The notes under the pieces were generated by a model. It was not told where the DNA came from. It saw nothing but the letters and a program-made list of their open reading frames with translations, and did not search any database. Both the position numbers and the translations under genes were made by a program. This document shows positions 13,800-27,276 of a DNA stretch of 64,000 bases, in pieces. The DNA lies in NCBI GenBank assembly GCA_951406725.2, contig OX597817.1, positions 34,968,001 through 35,032,000 of the forward strand, written 5' to 3'. Origin of the DNA: Octopus vulgaris (taxonomy: Eukaryota). The stretch's first letter is position 1; each line of letters starts with the position of its first letter.

Positions 13800-13945
13800 T
13801 ATGGATATATATATATATATATACATATATACATATGGATATATATATACATATATATATATATACATATACATATGGATATATATATACATATATATAT
13901 ATATAACATATACATATGGATATATATATATACCTACACATATGG

Positions 13946-13978
<33 letters not shown>

Positions 13979-14020
13979 TATGGATATATATATATATATA
14001 TATAACACATATATAAAAAC

Positions 14021-14061
<41 letters not shown>

Positions 14062-14138
14062 TATATATATATATACATATACATATGTATATATATATAT
14101 ATATATACATATACATATGTATATATATATATATATAT

Positions 14139-14177
<39 letters not shown>

Positions 14178-14185
14178 ATATATAT

Positions 14186-14228
<43 letters not shown>

Positions 14229-14253
14229 CATACATATATATATATATATATAT

Positions 14254-14300
<47 letters not shown>

Positions 14301-14405
14301 TATATATATATATACATACACATATATATATATATATATACATACACGTATATATATATATATATATATACACATATATATATATAAACACATGCATACA
14401 TATGG
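13611..14405. repeat. About 790-bp (TA)n array with recurring catatgga/cacata interruptions
   Basis: Directly visible; generates many spurious YIYI ORFs. Confidence 0.95.
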
Positions 14406-14423
14406 ATAGATAGATAGATGTAT

Positions 14424-14850
14424 GTTAGCTGATAATTAAGGGGTCGCCTACTAGCAGACTATTGATAACGAAACAGGGGGAATCTTATCATGTAGTACTA
14501 TAGCTAAATATTTTAAACAATGTTGCTATATTGTATACAGTTAAAGTTTAGGGTTATTCATAGGATTATTAAGAAGAATATTATAACAAAAAGATAGAAA
14601 TATGTGAATACTTTTGAGTATACATCAAACTTTTACTACAATAGAGGGAGGAAAAGAGATTATATAGAAATAGTTTAATATTTCTACATATTGTATACTT
14701 AAATACTAACTCAACAGAAGGTATCTGTGAATATTGATTGAATGATATTTATTGGTATTAATAAAACAGTATTGAGGTAAAAGAACATGTTAATTATATA
14801 TTAATAAAATTATAATCTAAGCAGTTTTTTTATAAGTAGTGAATATATGT
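14424..14850 (+). repeat. Unclassified AT-rich interspersed repeat; further copies at 22496-23720 (Helitron-interrupted) and about 24280-24570 (diverged)
   Basis: Shared blocks aatcttatcatgtagtactatag, ttttgagtata..c.aaacttttac and aagaacatgttaa. Confidence 0.8.
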
Positions 14851-14920
14851 ATATGGATATATGATATATATATATATATATATATATATGAATATGGATA
14901 TATATATATATATATATATC

Positions 14921-15836
14921 ACTCTGTGCTGGTGGCACGTAAAAAGCATCCACTACACTCATGGAGTAATTGGCGTTAGGAAGGGCATCCAGCTGTAGAA
15001 ACACTGCCAGATCAGAATGGAGCCTGGCGCAGCCTCCTGGCTTCCCAGACCCCGGTCGAACTGTCCAACTCATGCTAGCATGGAAAACAGACGTTAAACA
15101 ATGATGATGATGATCTATATGGATATATATATGTGTGTAGAGGCACATGGCCTAGTGGTTAAAGCAGCGGTTAAGGGATCACAGGTTCGAATCTCAGACT
15201 GGGTTATGTGTGTGTTTATGAGTGAAACACCTAAGCTCCACATGGCTCCAGTAGAAGGTAATGGCGAACTTCTGCTAACTCTTTCACCACAACATTCTCT
15301 CAATCTGTCCCATCCAGGAAACCAAGGAAACCGGCCCTTATGAGCCAGGCATGGCTTGAGAAGGCACAAACAACAATGTATATATATATATATATATACA
15401 CACATATATATGTGGATATATATATACATATGAATAGTAACTCTCTCTTAGCATTTGGTTTTCCCTTATCTTAGCTAAGATATCATTGTAGATATTTTTC
15501 ATTTTTTCTTTGGACACATTACAATAATTCTATTGTGTCTGGGGAGAGTCATTTTCTTTTTGTGGCCGTTGCCAGCCTCGTCTGGCCCCCATGCCGGTGG
15601 CACGTAAAAAGCACCATCCAATCGTAGCCGTTTGCCAGCCTCGTCTGGCACCTGTGCAGGTGGCACATAAAAAGCACCCACTACACTCTCGGAGTGGTTG
15701 GCGTTAGGAAGGGCATCCAGCTGTAGAAACACTGCCAGATAAGACTGGGCCTGGCACAGCCTCCTGACTTCCCAGACCCCAGTTGAACCGTCCAACCCAT
15801 GCTAGCATGGAAAACGGACGTTAAACGATGATGATG
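14921..15836 (+). mobile_element. Two RTE 3-prime-end fragments (about 14921-15113 and 15563-15836) flanking a tRNA-derived SINE (about 15140-15378)
   Basis: RTE tail consensus with (GAT)n. SINE head tggcctagtggttaa...ggttcgaatc carries A and B boxes. Confidence 0.75.
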
Positions 15837-15883
15837 AGATATATATATATATATATAAATATATATACATACAAATATGTATA

Positions 15884-18800
15884 TCTCCCCTCTTCTTCAC
15901 TCTGTCTCTCTTTCTGTTCCCCTCCTCTCCCTCACTCTGTCTCTCTTTCTCTCCCCTTCTTCCACCTTCCTCTGTCTCTCTAACATGCCACACCGCCTCG
16001 CTTTCCTCATTTCACCCTCTCTCTTTCCCTATTTCCCCCCTCTTTGTTTCTTCTTTTCTTCCTCCCTCTATCTCTCACTACCTCTCTATCCTCTACTCCC
16101 CCTCTGGGCTTAGAAAACAAAGATGGCACCAAAGTGGGAGAAGAAAGAATTAAATCTTCTGCTGCGAGCCTGGATGATTGCTAGTGACGATCCTCCAAAC
16201 AACATCATCACTGCTGCACTGAAAAACAGTGGCTTTCACAGAACCATTGACCAGATAGAGCAGAAGAAGAATGAATTCATGTGGTCTTATATGCTTATAA
16301 GGCCACACATTTACACCTTGGATGACATAATCGAAAACTATTGTGGCAAGGCTGATAATTATGGAGAAGATGAAAAGGAAACAAAACCCAGAAGTCTCTG
16401 TGATCCAGAGGTTCCTCAAAAGTATGGATCACCTGCCATGGTGAACAACCAGGCAGAAAAGGATAGGGGAGCCAAGGAAGCAGTTACTAGAAGCCCCTCT
16501 GCATCAGTGGTCCCCCATTAGAAAACCAGAGGAAAAAAGTTCTCACCACAAGAAAAGGAAGGATGGAACACAAAAATAAAGAAGGAAAGGAAGAAAAAGG
16601 TAAAAGCAAATTGAAACAACCAAAACCGAAACCCCAACCCACCAAACGAACAACAGAAAACTCCATGGAGGATTCAATGCCATCCAAAACCCAACAGGAA
16701 AGAAGAAATTTGGAAGGCACTTAAGAACCTGCACATTTTACCTGCAAGGCAAATGTTGGCATGGGGAAAACGGCAAAAACTGCCGGTTTGCTCACCCAAC
16801 ACCCCGCCAGAACTACAGGGTCCTTAAAGAGAAAAACTTCCCCGAAGAAAGACAAATGTCTCCAAGGAAAAAATTCACAAAAGAAGTGTGCTCTTCAGAT
16901 GTTATGTGCAACGCAGCAGCTAAGCAAGAGTCTTTTTTGTACATGGCGCAAAAGATTGTACAGCAGCTGACCTGGCTACACCAAGCACAAACAAGGAACC
17001 TTGCCCAGCGCTATGCAAGACCACCACAGTCAACAGACACGGGATGGCCTCCCCTAACGCCTGGACAGTTGTCACCCCAATACTTTTACTAAATATTGGG
17101 GTCCTGTTGCATCATAATAAAAGCAAAATTTCTTTCCGGAGAGATCTTACTGCATGCAATCAAGCCCTATGCATAGCACTCATGGAAACTCACCTCAGTC
17201 CTGATATAGAGGATGCAGAAGTACACGTACCAAACTATGCCATACTGCGAACAGACAGAAGGGAAAGGAGCCATGGTGGAGTTGCTGTATACATCCGTGA
17301 TGATCTCACACCCCAGGTCTTACTGCACTCAAATTCGGTATGTGACACTCTAATTGTATACATAAGACAACATAATATAGTCATATGCAATACATATTGC
17401 CCACTGGATGCTCCAAACCACATAGGCAAGTTTTAAGATTTCCTCACAAGAATTAAAGAAATCCTCATGAATCTGGAACACCATGTGACCATATTTCTTA
17501 TGGGTGATTTCAACTTCCCCAATGTCAAATGGTCTGAAGGTCTCATAATCTCAGGAATGACTCATTGCAAGCAAGAACAGGTGGAGTTCCTGCTCAACCT
17601 CACCAATGCCCTATTCATGGAGCAAGCTGTACTCAGACCAACAAGGGCGAATAACATTCTGGATCTCTGCTTCACGAACAATATGGACATCATTCATGAT
17701 GTGAAAGTGACACTGACATTAATCTCAGATCACAACATAATAGAGCTATCTATGTTTGGGCTGAAAGTAACCTGAGACATACAGCCTAAAGGAAGCACCC
17801 GAAATCTCTCCAATCTGAACTTCTACAAAGCAGACTGGAAATCGATCCAAAAAGAGATCCTCAGAGAGGACTGGCCAAAATGTCTCTCCACATCAGACGT
17901 TGACATGAAACTAGAATGTTTCATGTCTTCTGTGCAAGCCATATGCCAGAAATATGTCCCAGAGCACAAGGTCAAAACAAATAGGAACAAAATTCAAAGG
18001 GAAAGGAAGTTCCTCACGAGATGACAGACGAAGATTGCAAATCGATTCAAACAACATCCCAAAAGTAGCGAAATGTCCCGCCTAAAAACAACACTGCAAT
18101 AATCCTATGTGAGGGAGAAAGCAGACAAAGAAGCCTGGGTTATAAAAAACATTAAGTCAAACCCAAAGCCTTTTTTTCATTACGTGAAAGAAACAGCCTC
18201 AGTACACTGCAAGATAGGACATCTCTTCTAAAAGGATGGCTACCTCACAGACAGTCCAGCTAAGATCACTGAGATACTGAATGACCAATTCAAAAGTGTC
18301 TTTACCACCCCGTTGGAACACAGACAAGTGAACGAACCAGTGGACTTCTTTGCTGCCCCACCTATAACCAACGAGGCAGTTACGATGGAATACATTGACA
18401 TTAGCAAAGAAGATATACTACTAGTCATAGATGAAGTGGACACAAACTCAACTGCTGGTCCTGATGGTTTCCCAGCAATCCTCCTCAAATTGTGTAAGCA
18501 TGCCCTGGTAAAACCCCTCCAGATTCTCTTCCAGAGCTTTCTTGCAAATGGCAAACTGCCAAGCAAGCTGAAGGAGGGAATAATATGCCCAATTCATAAA
18601 GGGAGAAGCAGAGCAGATGCCAAAAACTATAGGCCTATCTCTCTGACTTCACACATCAGCAAAGTCATGGGACGGATAGTCAGGGGGAAACTAATCACAT
18701 TCCTTGAAGAAAATAACTTGTTGAGTGATACCCAGCATGGATTTTGACCAGGTAGGAATTGCCTGACGCGACTGGGTGTTGAGGCAGTTACTCAACAAAT

Positions 18801-20048
18801 CAAATGTGGACGTAATATACCTTGATTTTGCAAAAGCTTTTGACAAAGTGGATCATGGTATGATATGTCACAAGCTGCATGATCTTGGCATAGCTGGAAA
18901 ACTTGGAGAGTGGTTACATGACTTTCTGAAAGATAGGAGTCAGGCAGTAGTGGCTAATGGAGCCACCTCTATGAACACACAAATAGTGAGTGGTGTTCCA
19001 CAGGGCACTGCCTTGGGACCACTGCTTTTTATAGTGGGCCTCTCAGATATGCCCTCAAGTGCCCAGATAGCCACCCTTGCAAGCTATGCAGATGATACAA
19101 AAGTCTCTCAGAAAATACAGAACCCTAGCAATGTTGCACACCTGCAGCAGGAGTTGGACTCAATTTACAGATGGGCTGAGGATAATAAAATGCAGTTTAA
19201 TGCTGAAAAATTCCAAGCCCTGCACTACCAGCATCCAAAACTGAATATGGAACTTACAGGGTACACCGGTCCACAGGGAATTTCAATCGCAGGGCCTAAA
19301 TCAGTGAGGGACCTGGGTATTGACATGAGTGATGATACCTCTTTCCAAGTGCACATTACCAGGATGGCGACAAAGTGCAAACGACTGGCTGGATGGATCC
19401 TGAGAACATTCAGAACCAGAGATAAGGAAACCATGATGGTCCTCTGGAGAACATCCATCCTCAGCCACCGGGATTACTGCTTACAGATATTGTTACCCGC
19501 CAATGTGAAATTAACAGCGGACCTTGAAGCAATCCAGAGAAGATTCGCGAAGAAGATTGTCTCTTTGCAACAGCTACTGGGAAAAGTTGAAACAGCTAAG
19601 ACTCTACTCCCTGGAGTGAAGACGAGAGAGATATGCAGTAATATATATCTGGAAGATCCTGAAAGGAATTGTACCAAATTTTAGCATTGAAAGCTACACC
19701 AATGCCAGAACAGGACGTCACTGCATAGTGCCAAAGATCCCAGCAACGCCATTGCACTTCAGGACCAGTTACTGCAACAGCCTGGGTTTCAAGGGCCCAC
19801 AGCTTTTTAATATTCTCCCAAAGAGTCTGAGGAACCTGCACAAAGTAGATGTAGGGGTTTTTAAATCAAAGCTGGACCTCTTCCTGTCAAGAGTCCTAGA
19901 TGAACCTACCACACGGCAAGAGGTGCAAATGAGAGTAGCTATATCAAACTCCATTCTTCACCAAGTGCCACATATTAAAGGAGGCGCTTAGTAATAAACA
20001 GTGGTGCATCAGTATGGCCGCAGCTCTGAGCTGAAACTAAAGAGAAAA
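15884..20048 (+). mobile_element. Near full-length but disrupted CR1-like LINE: pyrimidine-rich 5-prime region, ORF1 (16123-17092), ORF2 APE endonuclease plus RT (17044-19991)
   Basis: APE motifs METHL, HGGVAVY, GDFNFP, NILDLCF, SDHN. RT motifs GPDG, NYRPISLTS, LDFAKAFDKVDH, GVPQGTALGPLLF, YADD. Several stops and frameshifts. Confidence 0.92.
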
Positions 20049-20279
20049 TATATATATATAATGTAAATAAGGATAAGATCGATATTTAAATATCAAACTT
20101 ATCAAGTGGCCAGCATGGGAATAAAAACCTTCAAAGGAAATAATTATTATTAAGATTAAAATTTAGGGTATACCACGCTTGAAATAGCAGTCAAAACTTG
20201 ACTCTAAAGCCATATTAAAAGTTCATACAGCACCAGGAGAGAAGAAGACAAAATAAACTAGCAAAAAAATTACTGGATA

Positions 20280-20337
20280 ATTACAGATCCTGGATTTCTG
20301 TCTCTGCATAAGAAATGCTTTGCTTCTTCAGTGGAAT
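20280..20337 (-). ncRNA. Hammerhead ribozyme-like motif (degenerate stem II)
   Basis: Minus strand: attcca CTGAAGA ... GAAA tccagga TC tgtaat. Stem I pairs 5 of 6; stem III is near-palindromic. Confidence 0.45.
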
Positions 20338-20505
20338 ATACTCAGCACATAAATACAAATGTATATATATATAACATACAAATACTTACAAATACAAACA
20401 TATACATACATATATATGCACACAACCAGTTTAAATTGTCCGCCTAACAACTTGTGTGATATGGTCAAATATATCACCGCAGTGAATATAGATATATGAC
20501 ATATG

Positions 20506-20597
<92 letters not shown>

Positions 20598-20598
<1 letters not shown>

Positions 20599-21310
20599 CA
20601 CGACAGAATGTAAGTGCCCTGAGAGAAATGAAGGACATAAGAAGCATTGTATGTGGCGTGCAGGAGAGACATTTGCGTTTGTATGGTCATGTACTACGGC
20701 TGGATGAGGAGAGATGTGTGAAGAAGTCCCACTCCCAAACTGTTGAAGGAATCCTGGGAAGAAGTAGGCCCAGGAAGACATGGGATGAGGTCATGAAGCA
20801 TGACCTTCAAACGTTGGGCCTCACAGACCTCTGGAGATATGCTGTAACTGCGAAGACCTGACAAATGAAGTGAGTTCAAGCTTGCAGGACGGCCTGCTGT
20901 GCTAACCTTGGATCGTAGGGTAACTTGCTGTGCTTGAGGAGACCTATTGAGTCAAGTGCATCAACATCAAAATATAAATCGAATGGATATTGTAGTTGTA
21001 ATACCCATGCTGGTGGCAAGTAAAAAGCACCGTCTGAACGTGGCTGATGCCATCGCCGCCTAATCGTGGCCATTTGCCGGCCTCTTCTGGCAAATCTCCT
21101 CTGGCAACCGATCGTGGTTGTTTGCCAGCCACCTCTGGTCCCTGTGCCGGTGGCAGGTAAAAAGCACCCACTACACTCACAGAGTGGTTGGCTTTAGGAA
21201 GGACATCCAGCTGTAGAAACATTGTGGCGCAGCCTCCTGGCTTCCCAGACCCCGGTCAAAGCGTCCAACCCATGCTAGCATGGAAAACGGACGTTGAACG
21301 ATGTTGATGA
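20598..21310 (+). mobile_element. RTE LINE 3-prime fragment (C-terminal ORF remnant, UTR, tail)
   Basis: Encodes VQERHLRLYGHVLRLDEERCVKK...GRSRPRKTWDEV, followed by the RTE tail consensus. Confidence 0.85.
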
Positions 21311-21616
<306 letters not shown>

Positions 21617-21664
21617 TACCTCTTGGTCTCTTAAATATACTGCATTTTGTGGCATTATTTCAAA

Positions 21665-21937
21665 CTAGCTGGGTTTTTTTTGCGCAAACTGCACATGCAT
21701 TTTTCTCATGTACGTGTAGTATCGATCACAACAGCTGATGTACCTGCTTGTACAAATGCACGTTCCCACAGCTTTATCAATTGCATTCTCACCTAGAAAT
21801 CAATTTTTGTAATTCTTTCAAGTCTTATACACGCCTGATTCCGTCAGTATCTACATATCAAATTTGGGCGCAATCGGATGGAGGATGGCCGAGATCCTAG
21901 AAGACACACACAGACTGAACGGATTTTATATAATAGA
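21665..21937 (-). mobile_element. Non-autonomous Helitron (273 bp)
   Basis: Minus strand reads A|TCTATTATATAAAATCCG...CAGCTAG|T, with a subterminal hairpin tgtgca-gtt-tgcgca and no TSD. Confidence 0.7.
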
Positions 21938-22034
21938 TATGTAATATATTTATATATATATAGGTAGATATATACATACACACACACATATATCAAAATA
22001 AATCAAAATAAGATACAAGGATATCCAACATTAA

Positions 22035-22121
22035 TGTAGTACGATTGTTTCATGCAACTCCATTTAATTGAACCATTCAGTCATTACATCAGTTTAAAAT
22101 GCAGATCAATCTTCAGCTGCA
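22035..22121 (-). ncRNA. Hammerhead ribozyme-like motif with a long imperfect stem II
   Basis: Minus strand: tgcag CTGAAGA [58 nt] GAAA c aatc GTA ctaca. Stem I pairs 4 of 5. Confidence 0.4.
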
Positions 22122-22873
22122 CAAAGATATAGAATTTAATTAAATTCGAACATATGGACACTTTAGTATAATTATACCTAAAATCTCCAAGAAGTTAAAG
22201 AGATAGACAAAAAACATACTCTCACTCCAGCATAGAAGTTACTAAGTTTTCAAGAAGATATACATTGTTACAGACTCTGCGTGTCACTGATTTTTTTGTT
22301 TTTATGGGGTCGGTTTTAATTTATAGATTAGTTTATCAAATCCCATGTATATCTAAGGCTGAGAGAACAGAGGGCAGTATCTGTTTGGGGTAGGGCTGAG
22401 GGAGCAGACAGTCATCATAGTTGGTATAGTTATAAAAATCAAGATTTATTAGAAGCAATATCATAGGGTTTGGTAAAGGAAAACTTAAAACAAGATGTCA
22501 GCTGACAATTAAGGGGGTCACCCACTAGCAGACCAGTGATAATGAAACGGGGTGGGGGGGAATCTTATCATGTAGTACTATAGTTAAATATTTTAAACAA
22601 TGTTGCTATATTGTATACAGTTAAAGTTTCGGGTTATTCAGAGGATTAAGAAGAATATTGTAACAAAAGGATGGAAATTTACGAATACTTTTGAGTATAT
22701 ACCAAACTTTTACCACATTAGAGGGAGAAAAAGAAATTATCCAGAAATATTTCTACATTTCTACATATTGTACACTTAAATACTAACTCATCAGATGGTA
22801 TCTGTGAATATTGATTAATTGGTATATACTGGTATTAATAAAGGAGTATTGAGGTAAAGAAACATGCTAATTA

Positions 22874-23675
22874 TCTTCTCTCTACATATAAACGGCAGTT
22901 TGTCTGTCTGTGTGTCTGTCAGGTTGTACCCTCACCCTGACCACGGCTTTCAACCGATTCTGATGAAACTTGACACACACATAGCCCAATGTCATAATTC
23001 AAAACTAACGTAGCGAAAATTTTGAAAAGTTCCCCCAGTTATGAAAAAAAATCGATAAATTCGACATGGGTCGAGAATCTAAGCTTTTATATGCAACACA
23101 TTTTCTACAGACTGTCTAGGGGACGCAACTCGACCTTTTTAACTCTCCGAACACGTGGGATAAGTATCCCAAAATGTATAAAAAATGTACAAAAACGGCA
23201 AAAAAGCGGGCAGCAATGTGAGTGACAACAACGAAAAAGTCAAAAGTGACCAAACTGAACAAACGAATGGAAAAGGTTTTTGATGCACACGACAAAAGCG
23301 GTTTATAATAAAACAAGAGTTTGCAAGTAGCATCCGAGGACCCTTAGGGTTCCTTAAAAAATTTAAGGTAAAACGTTTGGAGTGGTAGTTATAAAGAAAG
23401 TGTAAACAAAAAAAGTATTCGAATAACTTGCGGCTGCAGCAGCTATTAGCAGAAGTGGCGGTGTTGGGGGTAAAGTCTCGAATGTAATTTCTTCCTGGTA
23501 GGAATTGGTTGGGTTGAATTATCGATAGCTGTTTGATAGTTATTTGGGAGTGAAGAGAAGACATTGCAACCTACACATGCGCCTTCGTTCCCTAGAGGGA
23601 AAGGACTAGATTGGGATTAGTCATTGCCTACTAGGGGCTCTTACATACCCGGGCAACGCCGGGCTATGCTGCTAG
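22874..23675 (+). mobile_element. Non-autonomous Helitron (802 bp)
   Basis: A|TC...CTAG|T termini, hairpin cccgggcaacgccggg at 23648-23663, no TSD. The paralogous empty site is at 14796/14797. Confidence 0.92.
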
Positions 23676-24632
23676 TATATTAATAAAATTACAATCTAAG
23701 CAGTTTTTTTATAAGTAGTATATATACCAGTATAGTTTTATACAAGTATGAATTTATAGAGATACAAAAATTAGATTAATTTTATAAATAAATACAGGCT
23801 AATTATAAGATAATAAAAAATAAAATAATCAAGTAGGGCAGAACACATACAAAAGGAAATAAAATAGCTTAATTACTAAAGTAAAGTATATGGTAGATTA
23901 TGGTAAAGTATATGTAGATTATTAACACTAATAGAGAAGATTTTTAGAAAAAGTGTAATAATTCAAAATATATTAGACTAAAAATTATATATTTACTTAT
24001 TTAGCTAATATCAGTAAAAGACTAATGTCTGGTATCAGCTGAAGGAATATTTAAGTTATGGAACAATCATATTTTACACTCATTTTTTTTTTTAAACTAA
24101 GGGTTATATTATAGGTTTAAGAAGTTATTATTGTTACTCCCTACATGATATTTATAGTTTCTTAGTGGTACTTGTTTAGAAGGGTTATTTATATAAAGGT
24201 CCTTATAAATACTAAGATCAGGAGGGTAGAGCCATTTAAGAAAGAGATAAATCAAATAATTTCTAAAGATCATTTCAAATGATATTGTCTTATTGTATAA
24301 AGTTAAAATTTAGGGTAATCAAGAAGATTATCAAGAATGAAATTTTAACACAAGTATAAAACTTCTTTGAATATTTTGAGTATATACCAAATTTTTACTA
24401 CAATAGAGGGAGGAAAAGAAAATTGCAAAGAAATACTATAATATTTATTTACTTATTACTTATCTAAATATTAACTTATATGGTTTCTATGGAAATTGAT
24501 CAATTGGATTTAACTGGTATTTAATAAGGGAGCAACTTAGGTTAAAGAACATGTTAACTATATACTGATTTAATTAAATTGAACTATTTTAAGTTATTGA
24601 GATACCGATATTACCTTATATAAGCTGAGTAT

Positions 24633-25878
24633 GAAGGCTAACTGGAAAGATAGTTTTTGTATGTGGCAGATGCTCAGGAGCAATAAACACTGAAAATGTG
24701 CAGAGAACAACTTCTGCCACATTCCAGGGAGAAAAACTAGAAGTAGTTGATAGCTTCTGTTACCTAGGTGACTAAGTCAGTAGCAGGGGTGGATGCACTG
24801 AAAGTGAAGCTGCTAGAATAAGAATAGCCCGGGCAAAGTTCAGAGAGCTCTTACCTCTGCTAGTGACAAAGGGCCTCTCACTCAGAGTAAAAGGTAGACT
24901 GTATGACGCATGTGTACAAACAGCCATGCTACATGGCAGTGAAACATGGGCTGTGACTGCTGAGGACATGCGTAAGCTTGCAAGGAATGAAGCCAGTATG
25001 TTCTGTTGGATGTGTAATGTCAGTGTGCATACTCAACAGAGTGTAGGTACCTTGAGAGAAAAGTTGGACCCAAGAAGCATCAGATGTGGTGTGCAAGAGA
25101 GACGAATGTGCTGGTATGGTCATGTGGCAAGAATGGATGAGGATAGCTGTGTGAAAAACTGCCACACCCTAGCGGTTGAGGGAACCTGTGGAAGAGGTAG
25201 ACTCAGGAAGACCTGGGATGAAGTGGTGCAGCATGACCTCCGAACATTAGTCCTCACTGAGGCAATGACTAGTGACCGAGACCTTTGGAAATATGCTGTG
25301 CTTGAGAAGACCCAACAAGCCAAGGGAGACTATAACCCATGGCATAAGCCATGGGTGTAACCAGTCCACTTATGCATACCTTTCCTTCATTGGACACTAA
25401 ACTCTGCTTGCGAAGACATGTTGAAGCAAGTGAAATCGAAATCAAATTCAATGACTGGCATCCATGCTAGTGGAGCGCTAAGAGCACCATCTGAGCGTGA
25501 TTGCTGCCAGAGTAGCTGACTGGCTTTTGTGCCACTGGCACGTAAAAAACACTACTCGAGTGTGATGGTTACCAGCGTTGCCTTACTGGCACATGAAAAA
25601 ATATTCGAGTGAGGTCGTTGCCAGTGCCACTGGACTGGTTTGTGTGCAGGTGGCACATAAAAAACACCATTTGAGTGTGGCCGTTGCTAGTACCGCCTGA
25701 CTGGCCCTCATGCCAATGGCACGTAGAAGCACCCACTACATTCTTGGAGTGGTTGGCATCCAGCTGTAGAAACTCTGCCAGATCAGATTGGAGCCTGGTG
25801 TAGCCATCTGGTTCGCCATTTCTCAGTCAAATTGTCCAACCCATGCCACCATGGAAAGCGGATGTTAAAAAATGATGA
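24633..25878 (+). mobile_element. 5-prime-truncated RTE-clade LINE
   Basis: Encodes FVCGRC...LEVVDSFCYLGD...LYDACVQTAMLHGSETW...WYGHVARMDE...RKTWDEVV; modular 3-prime UTR and gat tail. Confidence 0.9.
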
Positions 25879-25904
25879 TATATATATATATATATATATA
25901 TATA

Positions 25905-26340
25905 CTAGCATTATAGCCCGGCATTGCCCTGGATTAAGTTAGGATTATTAAGCTAATCAAGTGCTTTGTTTCAAACCAAACTAAGTAACACTGACATGAA
26001 ATTTGAACGAAATCCATTGAAATTGGTAAACGTTTGACTGAAAATGGGTTGCAGACAATTTGATTGGGAAATCCCATAAGGAATCAGTTTATCAATTTTT
26101 TCACTCATCGATTGTTTTTTTTTTTTTGAGATCTTAAAGCATTCAAAAATCCCAAGCATCCTAAATAACGCCAGCATCAAGTTAATACATCAAAATTGGT
26201 AAAAGTTATGGTTGAAAATGGGGTGCAGCCAATTTTAGTAAGATATCCTATAAGGAATCGGTTTATTGATTTTTTTCATCCTGCTTGAATGGAAAACCTC
26301 ATAAGGAATCAGTTTATTGATTTTTCACCCCAAATAGGAC
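25905..26340 (-). mobile_element. Helitron 3-prime end with internal repeats; 5-prime end not identified
   Basis: Minus strand ends ccagggcaatgccgggctataatgCTAG|T, closely resembling the 3-prime end of the element at 22874-23675. Confidence 0.65.
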
Positions 26341-26369
26341 TTAACCAAACATAACATTGCTGATTCAAA

Positions 26370-26733
26370 CACCACCCTCCTCACCGGCACCCATCATTGA
26401 CCCTATCACGTCACCGACTCCTTCACCTGCACTTCTACCAATGTCATCTACTGCATCTCCTGCTCTCTCTCCCCTTCTTTATACATCGGGCAAATTGGAT
26501 GCCGCTTGGCTGACTGGTTCATGGAACACCTCTGAGACATGCGACTTGGCAATGATACCCCAGTCTTGTGCCATTTCCGCTCTACTGATCACTCTTTGCA
26601 ACACCTGTCTGTGTTCAGATTGTCCTTGCACAGGGACCATCTGGACTCCCATTTGCGCTGTGAACAGAGATTAATCTTCTCTCTTTGCTCCTTTGTGCCA
26701 CATGGGCTCAACTCTCCTCCCCTCTTCATCTAA
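26370..26733 (+). mobile_element. Penelope-like element, GIY-YIG endonuclease remnant
   Basis: Translates FTCTSTNVIYCISCSLSPSLYIGQIGCRLADWFMEHL*...PVLCHF...EQRLIFSL...PHGLN. Confidence 0.85.
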
Positions 26734-27276
26734 CCTCCTCCAGCTCCTACTTCTTCTCTTCACTCCTACCAATCTTCTTCCCCCCTAACCCTAATTTTTG
26801 ACTCCTCCCCAGACAAAAGATTAACCATTTCTACTCCAAACCCCTATAAATCTCCACTGATACTTGACAAGATGAAATTCATCTTCGAAACTGGCAACAT
26901 TTCCTTTATATATTTTTAAAACTGATTTATTAAACACTTTCTTAACCCATTAACTGCCAAGTTTTTTTTATTCATATTTTTTGGCTTTGCCAGGTGTCTT
27001 AGGAGTTAAAATAATATATAATATTAAAATTTTTTCACATGTGAATTATTTTGGAAATTATGATAAATTTTTTGAAAAGTCCCAAATGGGGATCACTGAA
27101 AAAAGAAAAAAAACATATTTATCGTTTTCTATTCAATTGCAATAATAAGCATTTTAGTTTGTTTTTTTTAATCTATATATACTATCAAATGCAAATGTAT
27201 ATGAAATATCAGTGAATGATATAGATGGGAAATATATTTACCTAGACCATGTTAAACATGAATTTATATTTTTGTG

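Noticed and set aside
13504-14401. Long YIYIYI / VCVCVC ORFs (also near 21177-21668 and 36145-36555)
   Set aside because: Translations of TA/CA microsatellites, which lack stop codons.
15140-15200. tRNA-like A and B boxes
   Set aside because: This is the head of a tRNA-derived SINE; no complete cloverleaf can be formed.
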